A DNA stretch of 64,000 nucleotides from Candidatus Saccharimonadales bacterium (GCA_045628725.1 JAZQPT010000015.1:319-64318), one strand, 5' to 3'; counted from the stretch's first letter, positions 45,761 through 54,996 are shown. The notes: generated by a model not told the origin, from the letters alone. A program made the numbers and translations.

Positions 45761-45762
45761 GA

Positions 45763-46212
45763 TTATTTAATCTCAACTTTCTCTGGAGTTTGTGCAGCAT
45801 GTGTATGCTCGCTACCCGCAAAAACGCGTAGGCGTTTCATTCGCTCAGGTGACAGCTTGTTTTTAGGAAGCATACCCTTTACGGCTCGCTCAATGATTCG
45901 TTCTGGGAATTTCTCACGAACTTCTTCCAGACGCGCATCTTTGATACCACCAGGGAATCCTGAGTGACGGTAGTAGATTTTCTGCTTTTCTTTGTCACCA
46001 GTTACCACAGTATCTTTAGCGTTGATTACGATAACGTAATCGCCACCATCGATGTGCGGAGTGTAAGTAGTCTTGTATTTACCGATAAGATACTTAGCGA
46101 TTTCACTTGAAACACGTCCAAGTGGTGCGCTAGCAGCATCGATAACGATCCAACGACGTTCAACTTCGCTTGGCTTCTGTGAGTATGTACGTGCATGGGT
46201 ATTGATAACCAT
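45763..46212 (-). CDS. rplM: 50S ribosomal protein L13
   Basis: ERRWIVIDAASAPLGRVSSEIAKYL. Confidence 0.95.
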   Translation of the reverse strand: MVINTHARTYSQKPSEVERRWIVIDAASAPLGRVSSEIAKYLIGKYKTTYTPHIDGGDYVIVINAKDTVVTGDKEKQKIYYRHSGFPGGIKDARLEEVREKFPERIIERAVKGMLPKNKLSPERMKRLRVFAGSEHTHAAQTPEKVEIK

Positions 46213-46604
46213 TACGCTTTCACCTCCTCTTTAGGAACGGATTTGAGTTCGTCAACGAATTCAATGATCGCAAGTTGCGCACCGTCACCGATTCGGAGAC
46301 GAGTACGTACAACACGAACGTGTCCGCTTGTACGGCCAGTTAGCTGAGGTGCAATTTCGTCAACTAGTTTGTATGCAGCTGCCTGTGTAGACAATGCTGA
46401 AATAACTTGACGACGATTGTGCAAATCACCCTTCTTAGCCTTAGTAATAACTTTTTCAATATATCGCGACGTTTCTTTCGCTTTAGGAAGAGTCGTTTCG
46501 ATCTTGCCGTAAATGACAAGGCTCGTAGCGAGTCCCTTTAGCAACGCGCGGCGCTGGTCGCGTTCGCGACCAAATTTGCGTCCTTTATAACCGTGTCGAT
46601 GCAT
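46212..46604 (-). CDS. rplQ: 50S ribosomal protein L17
   Basis: MHRHGYKGRKFGRERDQRRALLKGLATSL. Confidence 0.95.
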   Translation of the reverse strand: MHRHGYKGRKFGRERDQRRALLKGLATSLVIYGKIETTLPKAKETSRYIEKVITKAKKGDLHNRRQVISALSTQAAAYKLVDEIAPQLTGRTSGHVRVVRTRLRIGDGAQLAIIEFVDELKSVPKEEVKA

Positions 46605-46605
46605 G

Positions 46606-47529
46606 CTATAGTTCCAACTCTGCTAGTTTATCTTTTACTTCATCAAGCGCCTTACTGCCGAAGCCCCTCAATTCACGAAGGTCTTGCTCTGTTAGCGTTA
46701 CGAGGTCGTGAACAGTACGAATATCGTTGTTTACGAGCGCGTTAGCTGTACGTGCAGTAAGGTTGAGTTCCTCGATAGGAGTGTTTAGCTCACTTGCTTC
46801 CTCTTCGTCAGTTTGGCCAAGTGCTGGAGCGGCTTCGACTGAAGTGCTGCCTGCAAGGGCTGTGTACTGGTTTACAAGGATAGCTGATGCTTCTTCGAAT
46901 GCTTCGCGTGGGCTGATTGAGCCGTCAGTTTCAACAGTAAGAAGGAGCTTATCAAGGTTTGTTTCTTGACCAACACGAGTGTTGTCAACTTTGTAACGTA
47001 CACGTAGCACTGGGCTGAATACAGCGTCAAGTGCGATCATGTCGCTATGTAGGCGGTTAACGCTGCTATCTTCGATCGTTCGGTAACCACGGCCTGATTC
47101 AACAACAAGGTCGAATAGGATTGATTTCTTTGGATCGTCGATAGTTGCAATAACCTGGTTAGGGTTGACGATTTCAACGTCAGCAGTTGTTTTGATGTCA
47201 CCGGCAGTGACAACGCCTGCGCCCTTTTTCTCGAGACGAAGCTCAATTGGCTCATCTGTCTCAACTTTTAGGTAGACATTCTTGAGGTTAAGCATGATGT
47301 CAACGACATCTTCTTTAACGCCAGGAACAGTCGTGAACTCGTGAGTTGCACCTTCGATGCGGAAAGCAACGATAGCACCACCACGAATACTCGATAGAAG
47401 CACACGACGTAGGCTGTTGCCTAGTGTGTTGCCATAGCCAGCGTGAAGAGGTTCGATAACGAATTCAGCACTGTTGTCACCATTCTCGTTGATTGCAGCG
47501 AGCGCGGGGTTGTGAATAACTTTAGACAT
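46606..47529 (-). CDS. rpoA: DNA-directed RNA polymerase subunit alpha
   Basis: GYGNTLGNSLRRVLLSSI N-terminal domain and C-terminal HhH LNLTARTANAL. Confidence 0.95.
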   Translation of the reverse strand: MSKVIHNPALAAINENGDNSAEFVIEPLHAGYGNTLGNSLRRVLLSSIRGGAIVAFRIEGATHEFTTVPGVKEDVVDIMLNLKNVYLKVETDEPIELRLEKKGAGVVTAGDIKTTADVEIVNPNQVIATIDDPKKSILFDLVVESGRGYRTIEDSSVNRLHSDMIALDAVFSPVLRVRYKVDNTRVGQETNLDKLLLTVETDGSISPREAFEEASAILVNQYTALAGSTSVEAAPALGQTDEEEASELNTPIEELNLTARTANALVNNDIRTVHDLVTLTEQDLRELRGFGSKALDEVKDKLAELEL

Positions 47530-47544
47530 AGCTTTTGGCTCCTT

Positions 47545-48171
47545 CTAGCGAGAGTAATACTCGACGATTAATTGTTCATTGATGTCAGCTTCAGCTTCTT
47601 CGCGCTTAGGAAGGCCAGTAATATCAATCTTGATCTTCTTTGCGTCACTCTTCATCCAGCTCAGTGGAGTCTGGACAGAATTGTTAACGACATCATCGAT
47701 CTGAGAGAAATAACCTGACTTGGCGCTTTTAGGACGAACAGTAATCTCATCACCTGCTTTGACGCGGATAGATGGAATGTCGACGCGCTTACCGTTTAGT
47801 AGGAAGTGACCGTGGCCAACGAGCTGACGAGCAGCACGACGACTAGTTGCAAATCCTGCTCGGTAAACAGCATTATCAAGACGAAGTTCTAGAAGTTGTA
47901 GAAGTAATTCGCCTGGAAGTACACCATGTGCACTCGAGCGATCTGCTTCGTTCATTAAACGAGCAAATTGCTTTTCAAGAAGACCGTATGTGCGGCGAAC
48001 TTTTTGCTTTTCACGCAACTGAGTCGCGTACAAGCTCTGCTTGCCTTGACGACCATGTGCATGCTGACCTGGAATTCCAGATTTTTTAGCCATGATTTTG
48101 TGCGCTTTAGGGTGAAGCGCATAGCCCTCACGACGGGACTGCTTAACAATAGGAGAAGTATCTCGTGCCAT
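47545..48171 (-). CDS. rpsD: 30S ribosomal protein S4
   Basis: YATQLREKQKVRRTYGLLEKQF and an S4 domain. Confidence 0.95.
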   Translation of the reverse strand: MARDTSPIVKQSRREGYALHPKAHKIMAKKSGIPGQHAHGRQGKQSLYATQLREKQKVRRTYGLLEKQFARLMNEADRSSAHGVLPGELLLQLLELRLDNAVYRAGFATSRRAARQLVGHGHFLLNGKRVDIPSIRVKAGDEITVRPKSAKSGYFSQIDDVVNNSVQTPLSWMKSDAKKIKIDITGLPKREEAEADINEQLIVEYYSR

Positions 48172-48174
48172 CGC

Positions 48175-48567
48175 TTACGCCCTCCGTGCTTTCTTTGGAC
48201 GAACGCCACCGTGTGGTACGCCTGTCACATCTTTAATACTATCAACAGTAATTTCATAGCTACCAAGTGCACGAATCGCTGCATCACGTCCTAGGCCAAC
48301 ACCCTTGACGAATACGTCAACTGCATTAAGACCGTAGAGTGATTTAACATTTTCGGCTGCTTTTTCAGCAGCGACTTGTGAAGCGTACGCTGTACCTTTT
48401 TTGCTGCCGCGGAATCCGCTAGCACCAGCGCTGCTGGCTGCAAGTACATTACCTTTTTTGTCAGTGAACGTAACAATAGTATTGTTGAACGTTGCCTGAA
48501 TGTGCAGCTGACCAGAAGGAACTGATCGGCGCTGTTTCTTACGAGTTGTCGTTTTTGCATCTGCCAT
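48175..48567 (-). CDS. rpsK: 30S ribosomal protein S11
   Basis: GQLHIQATFNNTIVTFTDKKGNVLAASSAG. Confidence 0.95.
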   Translation of the reverse strand: MADAKTTTRKKQRRSVPSGQLHIQATFNNTIVTFTDKKGNVLAASSAGASGFRGSKKGTAYASQVAAEKAAENVKSLYGLNAVDVFVKGVGLGRDAAIRALGSYEITVDSIKDVTGVPHGGVRPKKARRA

Positions 48568-48582
48568 AATCTATATTCCTTT

Positions 48583-48969
48583 CTACGTCTTAGACGCTGC
48601 CTTTTTCTGTGTTCCGCCCACGGCGACTGCTTTACCCTTACGAGTTCGTGCATTCGTACGAGTACGCTGTCCGTTTACTGGAAGTCCTGCTTTGTGTCGC
48701 AACCCGCGATACGCATTGACGTCCTTCAAACGCTTAATATTATTTGTCACCAAGCGCTGTAGGTCGCCTTCGGTTACATAGTCGGCATCGACTAGTTCAC
48801 GAATACGTTGTTCTTCAGCCTCGGCGGGATCTTTCACCCGGGTGGTCGGCTCAACTTTTGCCGCCGCAAGGATGGTCGATGCAAATTTTGGACCGATGCC
48901 GTAAATATACGTCAATGCGATCTGAACTTGCTTTTCAGCGGGTATTACTACCCCAGAAATTCGAGCCAT
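48583..48969 (-). CDS. rpsM: 30S ribosomal protein S13
   Basis: MARISGVVIPAEKQVQIALTYIYGIG. Confidence 0.95.
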   Translation of the reverse strand: MARISGVVIPAEKQVQIALTYIYGIGPKFASTILAAAKVEPTTRVKDPAEAEEQRIRELVDADYVTEGDLQRLVTNNIKRLKDVNAYRGLRHKAGLPVNGQRTRTNARTRKGKAVAVGGTQKKAASKT

Positions 48970-48971
48970 AC

Positions 48972-49088
48972 TTAACCCTGCCTTTGCTTATTCTTAGGTT
49001 TTTTCTTGTTGATGATCCGTAGAACACCCTTACGGCGAACTAATTGATCATCGGGACTGATTTTTTTGACACTCGCACGAACTTTCAT
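48972..49088 (-). CDS. rpmJ: 50S ribosomal protein L36 (Cys-free form)
   Basis: Own translation (below the ORF-track size cutoff): [38 protein letters not shown]. Lies between infA and rpsM as expected. Confidence 0.9.
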   Translation of the reverse strand: MKVRASVKKISPDDQLVRRKGVLRIINKKKPKNKQRQG

Positions 49089-49119
49089 GAACGTCCCAAA
49101 CTCCAGTTTTCCGTTAAAT

Positions 49120-49344
49120 TTAATCTCTCAAGCGGAAACTGATTCTGCCCTTCGTAAGATCGTAGGGGGTTAACTCAACTTCCACTTTATCGCCCGGTAC
49201 CAAACGAATATAATGCTTGCGCATTTTACCCGATATATGGCACAGAACCCTATGGCCATTCTCTAATTCCACCATGAATTGAGTATTAGGCAGTGATTCC
49301 ACTACCTTACCTTGCAATTTGATGACTTCTTTTTGACTTACCAT
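49120..49344 (-). CDS. infA: translation initiation factor IF-1
   Basis: [38 protein letters not shown]. Start set to ATG 49344. Confidence 0.95.
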   Translation of the reverse strand: MVSQKEVIKLQGKVVESLPNTQFMVELENGHRVLCHISGKMRKHYIRLVPGDKVEVELTPYDLTKGRISFRLRD

Positions 49345-49446
49345 AGTTAACAGTGGTTGATTATACACCAAATATTGCTGTGCGTAAAGAGTCTAGACAG
49401 ATAATCTTCACGGAATTAACCCATGTGAAGTTAAATTGATAGTTCT

Positions 49447-49474
49447 ATTGTAACAAAGAAGCATTGCCCGTCAA
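49447..49474 (-). promoter_or_regulatory. infA-operon promoter, TTGACG-16 nt-TACAAT
   Basis: Read on the minus strand: plus-strand cgtcaa 49469-49474 and attgta 49447-49452. Confidence 0.5.
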
Positions 49475-49580
49475 GATATTAATAGTGTCCTTATCTCTCA
49501 ACCCCTTAGATTATAAGGAACTGAAAGATAAGGACAGAGGATGAGCGGACCCTCTATACTTACCGTGATAATAAGAATCA

Positions 49581-49931
49581 CTAGATGTCGCCGTAGGGTT
49601 GAGACGTCACAGTTTGAATGTACACAGCTTTGTCTACGAGAACGAGTCCATAGATGAAGCTGTGTATCGCTAAGGAAGTGTCGGTCCCGAGCCGCCTGAA
49701 GTCCTGGGCGGATATTCCAACGAGTCTGCAGCCTTGTAGTTGCTCGTGTAACCTTGCGGCATAGTCACTGACATAGTCAGAGCGTCTCTCGGCGCTACTG
49801 ACGTCATCGCTCGACATAGTATTGAGTGCGTATCTAGCTACAGGACCCGCGTGTTCTATGATTGCTTCTCGTATACGAATAAGTGCTTGCATATTTGCAT
49901 TGATATCTTTATTTTTACTAAAAATATCCAT
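49581..49931 (-). CDS. hypothetical protein (orphan)
   Basis: 116-aa ORF with GAGGAG upstream. No family recognised. Confidence 0.5.
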   Translation of the reverse strand: MDIFSKNKDINANMQALIRIREAIIEHAGPVARYALNTMSSDDVSSAERRSDYVSDYAARLHEQLQGCRLVGISAQDFRRLGTDTSLAIHSFIYGLVLVDKAVYIQTVTSQPYGDI

Positions 49932-50074
49932 GAAATACTTCTCCTCTGTCAGGTACTCTGAGTTATTCGACGCTGCTCCGTCGAATAACTCAAGTAGTCG
50001 AATTGGGGTGACGAGCCCAGATAAGAATAGTAAAGCACGCTAGTTGATGAAAATCAAAATGTCGGTATTCTGTT

Positions 50075-50764
50075 CTATTTAACTTCTACGGCGCGTATCA
50101 TCACGCGTTTATCAAAGACTTTGTCGCGCGGAATCCAGTTACCGGCGCAGGTTATAATGCTCAATCCTTGCTTGCTAGGGTCTGCTGATTTCATCATATC
50201 CTGCATGCCAGTAGTATTGGCTTTTTCCAGACTCATCGTTTCGTTGGTCTCTACCTGGTAGGTGATTTTTTTGCCATCACCGCGTTCAATAATAATTTCG
50301 TCGTTTTGCTTTAATTCGGACAGTTTAGCAAATACGCCGTCGCGTGTGATGCCACCATTATGGCCGTCAATGACAACCGCACCAGAGCCTTCGCCTGGCA
50401 GAGCGCTTTTTTCGAACCATGCAGTGTCTGATATATTCTTTGGTGTATCTAATAGTCTGTTTGGCGTTAGGCCAACCGCTACGACACGTGTCTTGCTGAT
50501 ATCGAGTGCGGGGATAGATATATATCGTGGCTGCGCCGCAGGAACGATATGTGCGTCTATTTGCGCGGCTGTAACGGGTGTTTCATCGACAGTTGGGTCT
50601 GCCATTGCACTTGCAGGTAACGGTACCGGAGGCAGGCTGCCCTTTGTATACCATTCGTATCCAAGATATCCGGCCGCGACAATACCGATAGCTAATACAA
50701 GTAATACGAGCCAGCGGCCTAAGTGATGTTCTTTTGCTGAATCTATTCTAAGTCCCGGTGTCAT
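50075..50764 (-). CDS. sortase-family transpeptidase (membrane anchored)
   Basis: N-terminal TM segment, VIDGHNG (His) and LSIITCAG (TLxTC-like Cys motif), and a conserved Arg near the C-terminus. Confidence 0.75.
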   Translation of the reverse strand: MTPGLRIDSAKEHHLGRWLVLLVLAIGIVAAGYLGYEWYTKGSLPPVPLPASAMADPTVDETPVTAAQIDAHIVPAAQPRYISIPALDISKTRVVAVGLTPNRLLDTPKNISDTAWFEKSALPGEGSGAVVIDGHNGGITRDGVFAKLSELKQNDEIIIERGDGKKITYQVETNETMSLEKANTTGMQDMMKSADPSKQGLSIITCAGNWIPRDKVFDKRVMIRAVEVK

Positions 50765-50838
50765 AACTGTTTATTACTATAACACTTGTGGTTTTAGTGG
50801 ACAATACTACACCGTGTTAGGATAATCGATCGATTTTA

Positions 50839-52251
50839 TTACTTGTAGTCGTCGTAGGTGACCATGAGCGCACGTGAATTGATCTGACGTAGGCTTTCTA
50901 GGGCGACAGAGACAACGATGAGAAGCCCTGTACCGCCGATTGCGAGGTTAGCTATGCCCGTAACACCAACTTGAGCGAGGATGTACTCTGCGACGAACGG
51001 CATGACTGCGATAAGTCCGAGAACCAATGATCCGAATAGGATAAGGCGGTTAACGGTGCGAGATAGGTATTTCTCTGTTTGGATACCCGGGCGAATACCT
51101 TCGATAAATCCACCTTGCTTTTGCAGGTTCTCGGCGATTTCGTTGCTGTTAAATACGATACCTGTATAGAAATAGGTAAACAGAATAACGAGGACAAAAT
51201 AGCTTGCTGGATAGATTAGTGCGGCAAACGTATCACCAGTGAATGCACCTGGCTGTGGTGCCTGGAACCAGTTGATGAGGTTGTTTGCGATCACCAAGAA
51301 CTGTGGGTCGTTTGTCGCTTTTAAAACTTGACCTATGAATGCAGGAAGTGAAAGGAACGCAACCGCAAAGATGACAGGGATAACGCCAGCGGCAATCAAT
51401 TTGATAGGAAGGATGCTTTTGACGCCACCATAGCTACTATTACCTTGAACACGCTTTGCATAGTTGATAGTAATAACGCGCTGCGCTTCGTTAATCTTTA
51501 CGAGTAGATATAGTACGAGTAGTGAAGCCAGAGCGATCGCTAAGGTCGCCCAGAACGCAAGTGGGTTGACAGGAACTGTAAACCAACCAAATACGTTCAT
51601 CGCACCAGCACTTGTGTCGAATAATGCCGTACCAAGTGACGCAAGTGTCGTTGGTAGCTGGCTAATGATACCAGCGAAAATCAGCATACTGATACCATTT
51701 CCGATTCCTCGTTCGGTAATCAACTCACCTAGCCACATCAACATTATCGCTCCGGCTGTCATAGCTGTCACGGCAATCACCCATTCGATTGGACTAGCGT
51801 TATCGATAACTGATGTATTGCCCGCAAGGACTGTTTGACGCAAGATATAGATAAAAGCGATAGATTGCACGATAGCAAGCGGTACAGATAACATTCGTGT
51901 CCACTGATTGATCTTGCGACGGCCTGATTCGCCGTCTTTATGTAGCTCTTCAAGCTTTGGAACTGCCTTTGTGAGTAGCTGCGTGATGATACTTGCTGTA
52001 ATGAACGGACTAAGGCCTACAAGTACAATCGAGAGCTGAGAAAGTGCACCACCTGAAAGAAGGTTCAAGAACCCACCGAACTGGCTGGCATTTACAACGC
52101 TGTCGATAGCGTCTTTTAGTTTACCTGGTTCTGTTAGTGGCACCGGTACGTGCGCCAAGAATCGATAGACTACAATGAGCCCCAATACGACTGCGAGACG
52201 TTTTTGCATGTCGCGGTTCTTTAATGATTTTAGAATTGTTTTCCAGTTCAT
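50839..52251 (-). CDS. secY: preprotein translocase subunit SecY
   Basis: 470-aa 10-TM protein with LSGGALSQLSIVLVGLSPFITASII. Confidence 0.95.
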   Translation of the reverse strand: MNWKTILKSLKNRDMQKRLAVVLGLIVVYRFLAHVPVPLTEPGKLKDAIDSVVNASQFGGFLNLLSGGALSQLSIVLVGLSPFITASIITQLLTKAVPKLEELHKDGESGRRKINQWTRMLSVPLAIVQSIAFIYILRQTVLAGNTSVIDNASPIEWVIAVTAMTAGAIMLMWLGELITERGIGNGISMLIFAGIISQLPTTLASLGTALFDTSAGAMNVFGWFTVPVNPLAFWATLAIALASLLVLYLLVKINEAQRVITINYAKRVQGNSSYGGVKSILPIKLIAAGVIPVIFAVAFLSLPAFIGQVLKATNDPQFLVIANNLINWFQAPQPGAFTGDTFAALIYPASYFVLVILFTYFYTGIVFNSNEIAENLQKQGGFIEGIRPGIQTEKYLSRTVNRLILFGSLVLGLIAVMPFVAEYILAQVGVTGIANLAIGGTGLLIVVSVALESLRQINSRALMVTYDDYK

Positions 52252-52544
52252 ATTTCTCTATCCCTATTATTTCAGTCTCTATCGCCACACGGACGGGTTA
52301 TTCAGTAGTTATTATACTACATCTTTGATTGATACAAAAAAAAGACTTAACTAATTCACTGCTATAGGTACACTCCCTGCCGGATTTATGTCGACAGGCA
52401 GTGTTGTTACGCGGGATGAGAATCAAACCGACCGGCAATGCCTGCTGAATTGCACGATGCTTGCTTCGCCTGGGCTGTACCCTGATATCTCGTGAAACCG
52501 CTGCTCGAATTCGGGTGTGATCCGCACTGAACTGTATATAGAAA

Positions 52545-52576
52545 TAAAATAGACCCTCGCGAAGGAGGGTCTATTT
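52545..52576 (-). terminator. intrinsic terminator directly after rplO, inside the ribosomal-protein cluster
   Basis: Minus strand TAGACCCTC-loop-GAGGGTCTA followed by TTTTATTT. Confidence 0.65.
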
Positions 52577-52590
52577 TGCAAAAAGCAAGA

Positions 52591-53070
52591 TTACTTGTCG
52601 GCTTTTTCGGCTTCTTTAGTACTCTTTTTGAGTGGTGTAGGAGTTTTCTCGAATGTTCCACCAGCTGTAGTAATTGCAGCCTGAACAGATTTCGATGCAC
52701 CCTGAACCTTCAATGTTACCTTTTCGGTGATTTCACCACGTGCAATTACCTTTACAGAATGGAAAGGTGTTGCAATGTAGCCAGCCTCGAACAACATGAA
52801 GTTGTCGATAGTCTTACCAGCGAATGCGTTCAAGTGATCAAGGTAGACAACCTGTGCTGGTGTACGAAGGCTTTTAAACCCACGTGCTTTTGGCACTGCA
52901 GTTACAAGTGATCGTTGACCACCTTGGAACATTGGGCCGAGCTTTTTACCAGTACGAGATCCCTGACCTTTAGTACCACGACCAGCGGTTTTACCCTGAC
53001 CAGCTGCGATACCGCGACCAACGCGTTTGCGGTTTTTGTTTGGAGTGATTTGGAGTTCGTTGTATTTCAT
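52591..53070 (-). CDS. rplO: 50S ribosomal protein L15
   Basis: KRVGRGIAAGQGKTAGRGTKGQ. Confidence 0.95.
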   Translation of the reverse strand: MKYNELQITPNKNRKRVGRGIAAGQGKTAGRGTKGQGSRTGKKLGPMFQGGQRSLVTAVPKARGFKSLRTPAQVVYLDHLNAFAGKTIDNFMLFEAGYIATPFHSVKVIARGEITEKVTLKVQGASKSVQAAITTAGGTFEKTPTPLKKSTKEAEKADK

Positions 53071-53654
53071 TACTTCGTCTCCTCTTCCTTCTTAGCTTTT
53101 GGTGTAGGAGCGTTGAGCCATTGATCACGCGGAACGAGGCTTCGAAGAGCTTCGATTGTTGCGTAAGCAATGTTCACTTTGTTTGTAGAACCGAGTGATT
53201 TAGAAAGCATGTTGCTGATTCCAGTTACACCGATGATTTGTCGTACGACACCACCAGCGATAATACCTGTACCAGGGGCTGCAGGTTTAATAAGTACCTG
53301 TGCACCACTTAGTTTGATTTCTGCATCGTGAGGAATAGTTCCGTTAGCGATTGGGATTGAGATCAGGTGTTTCTTTGCGACGTCTGTTGCTTTCGCGACA
53401 GCTGTCTGAACATCCTGTCCTTTTGATACGCCAACGCCGACTTTACCTTTACGGTTACCAACAACAACGAGGGCTTTGAAGCGGAAACGTCGTCCACCCT
53501 TTACCACACGTGAGACACGGTCGATGTTGATTACCAATTCTTCGAACTCTTTTGGTTCTTGTGGAGTCTGATCACGTCGATTATCACGACGTGGACCGCC
53601 ACCGCGTTGTCCGGCTGGACGAGTGTTCGTAGTAGCTGCTGTTTGTTCAGCCAT
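53070..53654 (-). CDS. rpsE: 30S ribosomal protein S5 (Arg/Gly-rich N-terminal extension)
   Basis: VINIDRVSRVVKGGRRFRFKALVVVGN. Confidence 0.95.
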   Translation of the reverse strand: MAEQTAATTNTRPAGQRGGGPRRDNRRDQTPQEPKEFEELVINIDRVSRVVKGGRRFRFKALVVVGNRKGKVGVGVSKGQDVQTAVAKATDVAKKHLISIPIANGTIPHDAEIKLSGAQVLIKPAAPGTGIIAGGVVRQIIGVTGISNMLSKSLGSTNKVNIAYATIEALRSLVPRDQWLNAPTPKAKKEEETK

Positions 53655-53656
53655 GA

Positions 53657-54010
53657 TTAAAACTCCAATCCTTCTTTACGTGCAGCATCAGCTAGCGCGC
53701 TTAGGCGACCAGCGTACTGGCGACCGTTGCGGTCAAATACTACCGTCGTTATTTTAGCTTTTTTTGCTTTCTTAGCAACTTCAGCGCCAACGAAGGCTGC
53801 TTGCTGTGCAATTGAACCTTCCTGTTTAGTACCAACAGTAGTGCTAGATGCGATCGTGTGCTGTGCAGCATCGTCGATGATCTGTGCGCTAACGTGCTTG
53901 TTACTGATAGTAACCGTTAGGCGTGGACGAGCAGCTGATCCGGTGATCTTAGCGCGTACACGGTTCTTGCGTAGCTTTTTGTTAAGCATTTTTTTAGCGA
54001 GATCAGCCAT
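53657..54010 (-). CDS. rplR: 50S ribosomal protein L18
   Basis: RPRLTVTISNKHVSAQIIDD...FDRNGRQYAGRLSALADAAR. Confidence 0.95.
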   Translation of the reverse strand: MADLAKKMLNKKLRKNRVRAKITGSAARPRLTVTISNKHVSAQIIDDAAQHTIASSTTVGTKQEGSIAQQAAFVGAEVAKKAKKAKITTVVFDRNGRQYAGRLSALADAARKEGLEF

Positions 54011-54012
54011 GA

Positions 54013-54546
54013 TTACTTGCCTGCCTTTCCAGCTTTACGAAGAATAACTTCATCAGCATATTTAATTCCCTTGCCCTTGTATGGTTCAGGTTTTTTCAAT
54101 GAACGAATTTCAGCCGCAACTTGGCCGACTTGTTGTTTGTCGATGCCGCTGACGACAATCGTCATTTTCTCATTAGTAACAGTTACGCCTGCAGGAGCGA
54201 CATACTGAACAGGGTGGCTAAAACCAAGGCTCATATCAAGCACGTTGCCTGATGTAGCTACTCGGAAGCCGACACCGTTTACTTCAAGTTTCTTTTCGAA
54301 ACCTTTAGTAACGCCGTCAACTGCGTTGTTTAGTAGTGATCGCTGCAAACCATGCTGCGCTTTTGCGGTTCGTTCGTCGTCTTTACGAGTAACGATTGCT
54401 TGTTCACCTTCAAGGGTGACAGTAACGTCGCTCAAATGTGGTACAGTCAACTCGCCTTTAGCGCCTTTGACAGTAATAACATCTGAGTCAACCGTGATTG
54501 TCACGCCCGATGGTACCTGAATTGGTAGTTTTCCGATTCGACTCAT
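54013..54546 (-). CDS. rplF: 50S ribosomal protein L6
   Basis: MSRIGKLPIQVPSGVTITVD. Start moved to ATG 54546. Confidence 0.95.
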   Translation of the reverse strand: MSRIGKLPIQVPSGVTITVDSDVITVKGAKGELTVPHLSDVTVTLEGEQAIVTRKDDERTAKAQHGLQRSLLNNAVDGVTKGFEKKLEVNGVGFRVATSGNVLDMSLGFSHPVQYVAPAGVTVTNEKMTIVVSGIDKQQVGQVAAEIRSLKKPEPYKGKGIKYADEVILRKAGKAGK

Positions 54547-54652
54547 ACTTACCTTTCGGTTTAGGCAAGTGAAACTGTTTGTTTTTGAGCTGTCATCACT
54601 AATGATGAGGCGCAAAATCTCCCGATCTCACTCGCAATTTATTATCTAAATA

Positions 54653-54681
54653 ATTTTAGCATATTGAGTGCATATATACAA
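54653..54681 (-). promoter_or_regulatory. internal promoter upstream of rplF, TTGTAT-17 nt-TAAAAT
   Basis: Read on the minus strand: plus-strand atacaa 54676-54681 and atttta 54653-54658. Confidence 0.45.
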
Positions 54682-54737
54682 GAGACCGTCATTGTCATTT
54701 TGTAGTCAGCTCCTGGACATCAAGTAGAGTAGCTGAC

Positions 54738-54986
54738 CTAGTCTTTCTTGCTTTCGTCATATTTTCGCTTGCCTTTGAGGTAAGCGAAAAAGGCTCCGCA
54801 CATAACAGCAATTACTATTAGCCCAAGCCCAATGAGATATGGCAATGGAGAAAAAATGAGATATGACAATGGAGAAAATGGTTGCAGCTCGCACGGCAAC
54901 CAGTTGATAGACGGCATACAAGCAAAATATTGCATCATGATCAGTGTAATTTCCTTGCTACATGTTTTGCAGCGTTTTATATTCAA
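54738..54986 (-). CDS. small hypothetical membrane protein inserted between rpsH and rplF (65-82 aa depending on start)
   Basis: The ORF-track start is TTG 54986; the first ATGs are at 54938 and 54935. One C-terminal TM helix (YLIGLGLIVIAVMCGAFFAYL) and a basic tail. Contains an in-frame 24-bp tandem duplication. Weak SD. Confidence 0.35.
   Translation of the reverse strand: MNIKRCKTCSKEITLIMMQYFACMPSINWLPCELQPFSPLSYLIFSPLPYLIGLGLIVIAVMCGAFFAYLKGKRKYDESKKD
54832..54879. repeat. 24-bp tandem duplication (22/24 identical)
   Basis: atgagatatggcaatggagaaaaa / atgagatatgacaatggagaaaat read directly. Encodes FSPLSYLI-FSPLPYLI on the minus strand. Confidence 0.9.
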
Positions 54987-54996
54987 ACCGTCATAT

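Noticed and set aside
52407-52700. 97-aa minus-strand ORF
   Set aside because: Its 5' part overlaps rplO in another frame and it runs through the rplO terminator. No SD. The non-coding spacer it partly covers is reported as a finding instead.
54832-54879. Tandem repeat as a possible CRISPR or minisatellite array
   Set aside because: There are only two directly adjacent 24-bp copies with no spacers. They are in frame within a small ORF, so this is a simple tandem duplication.
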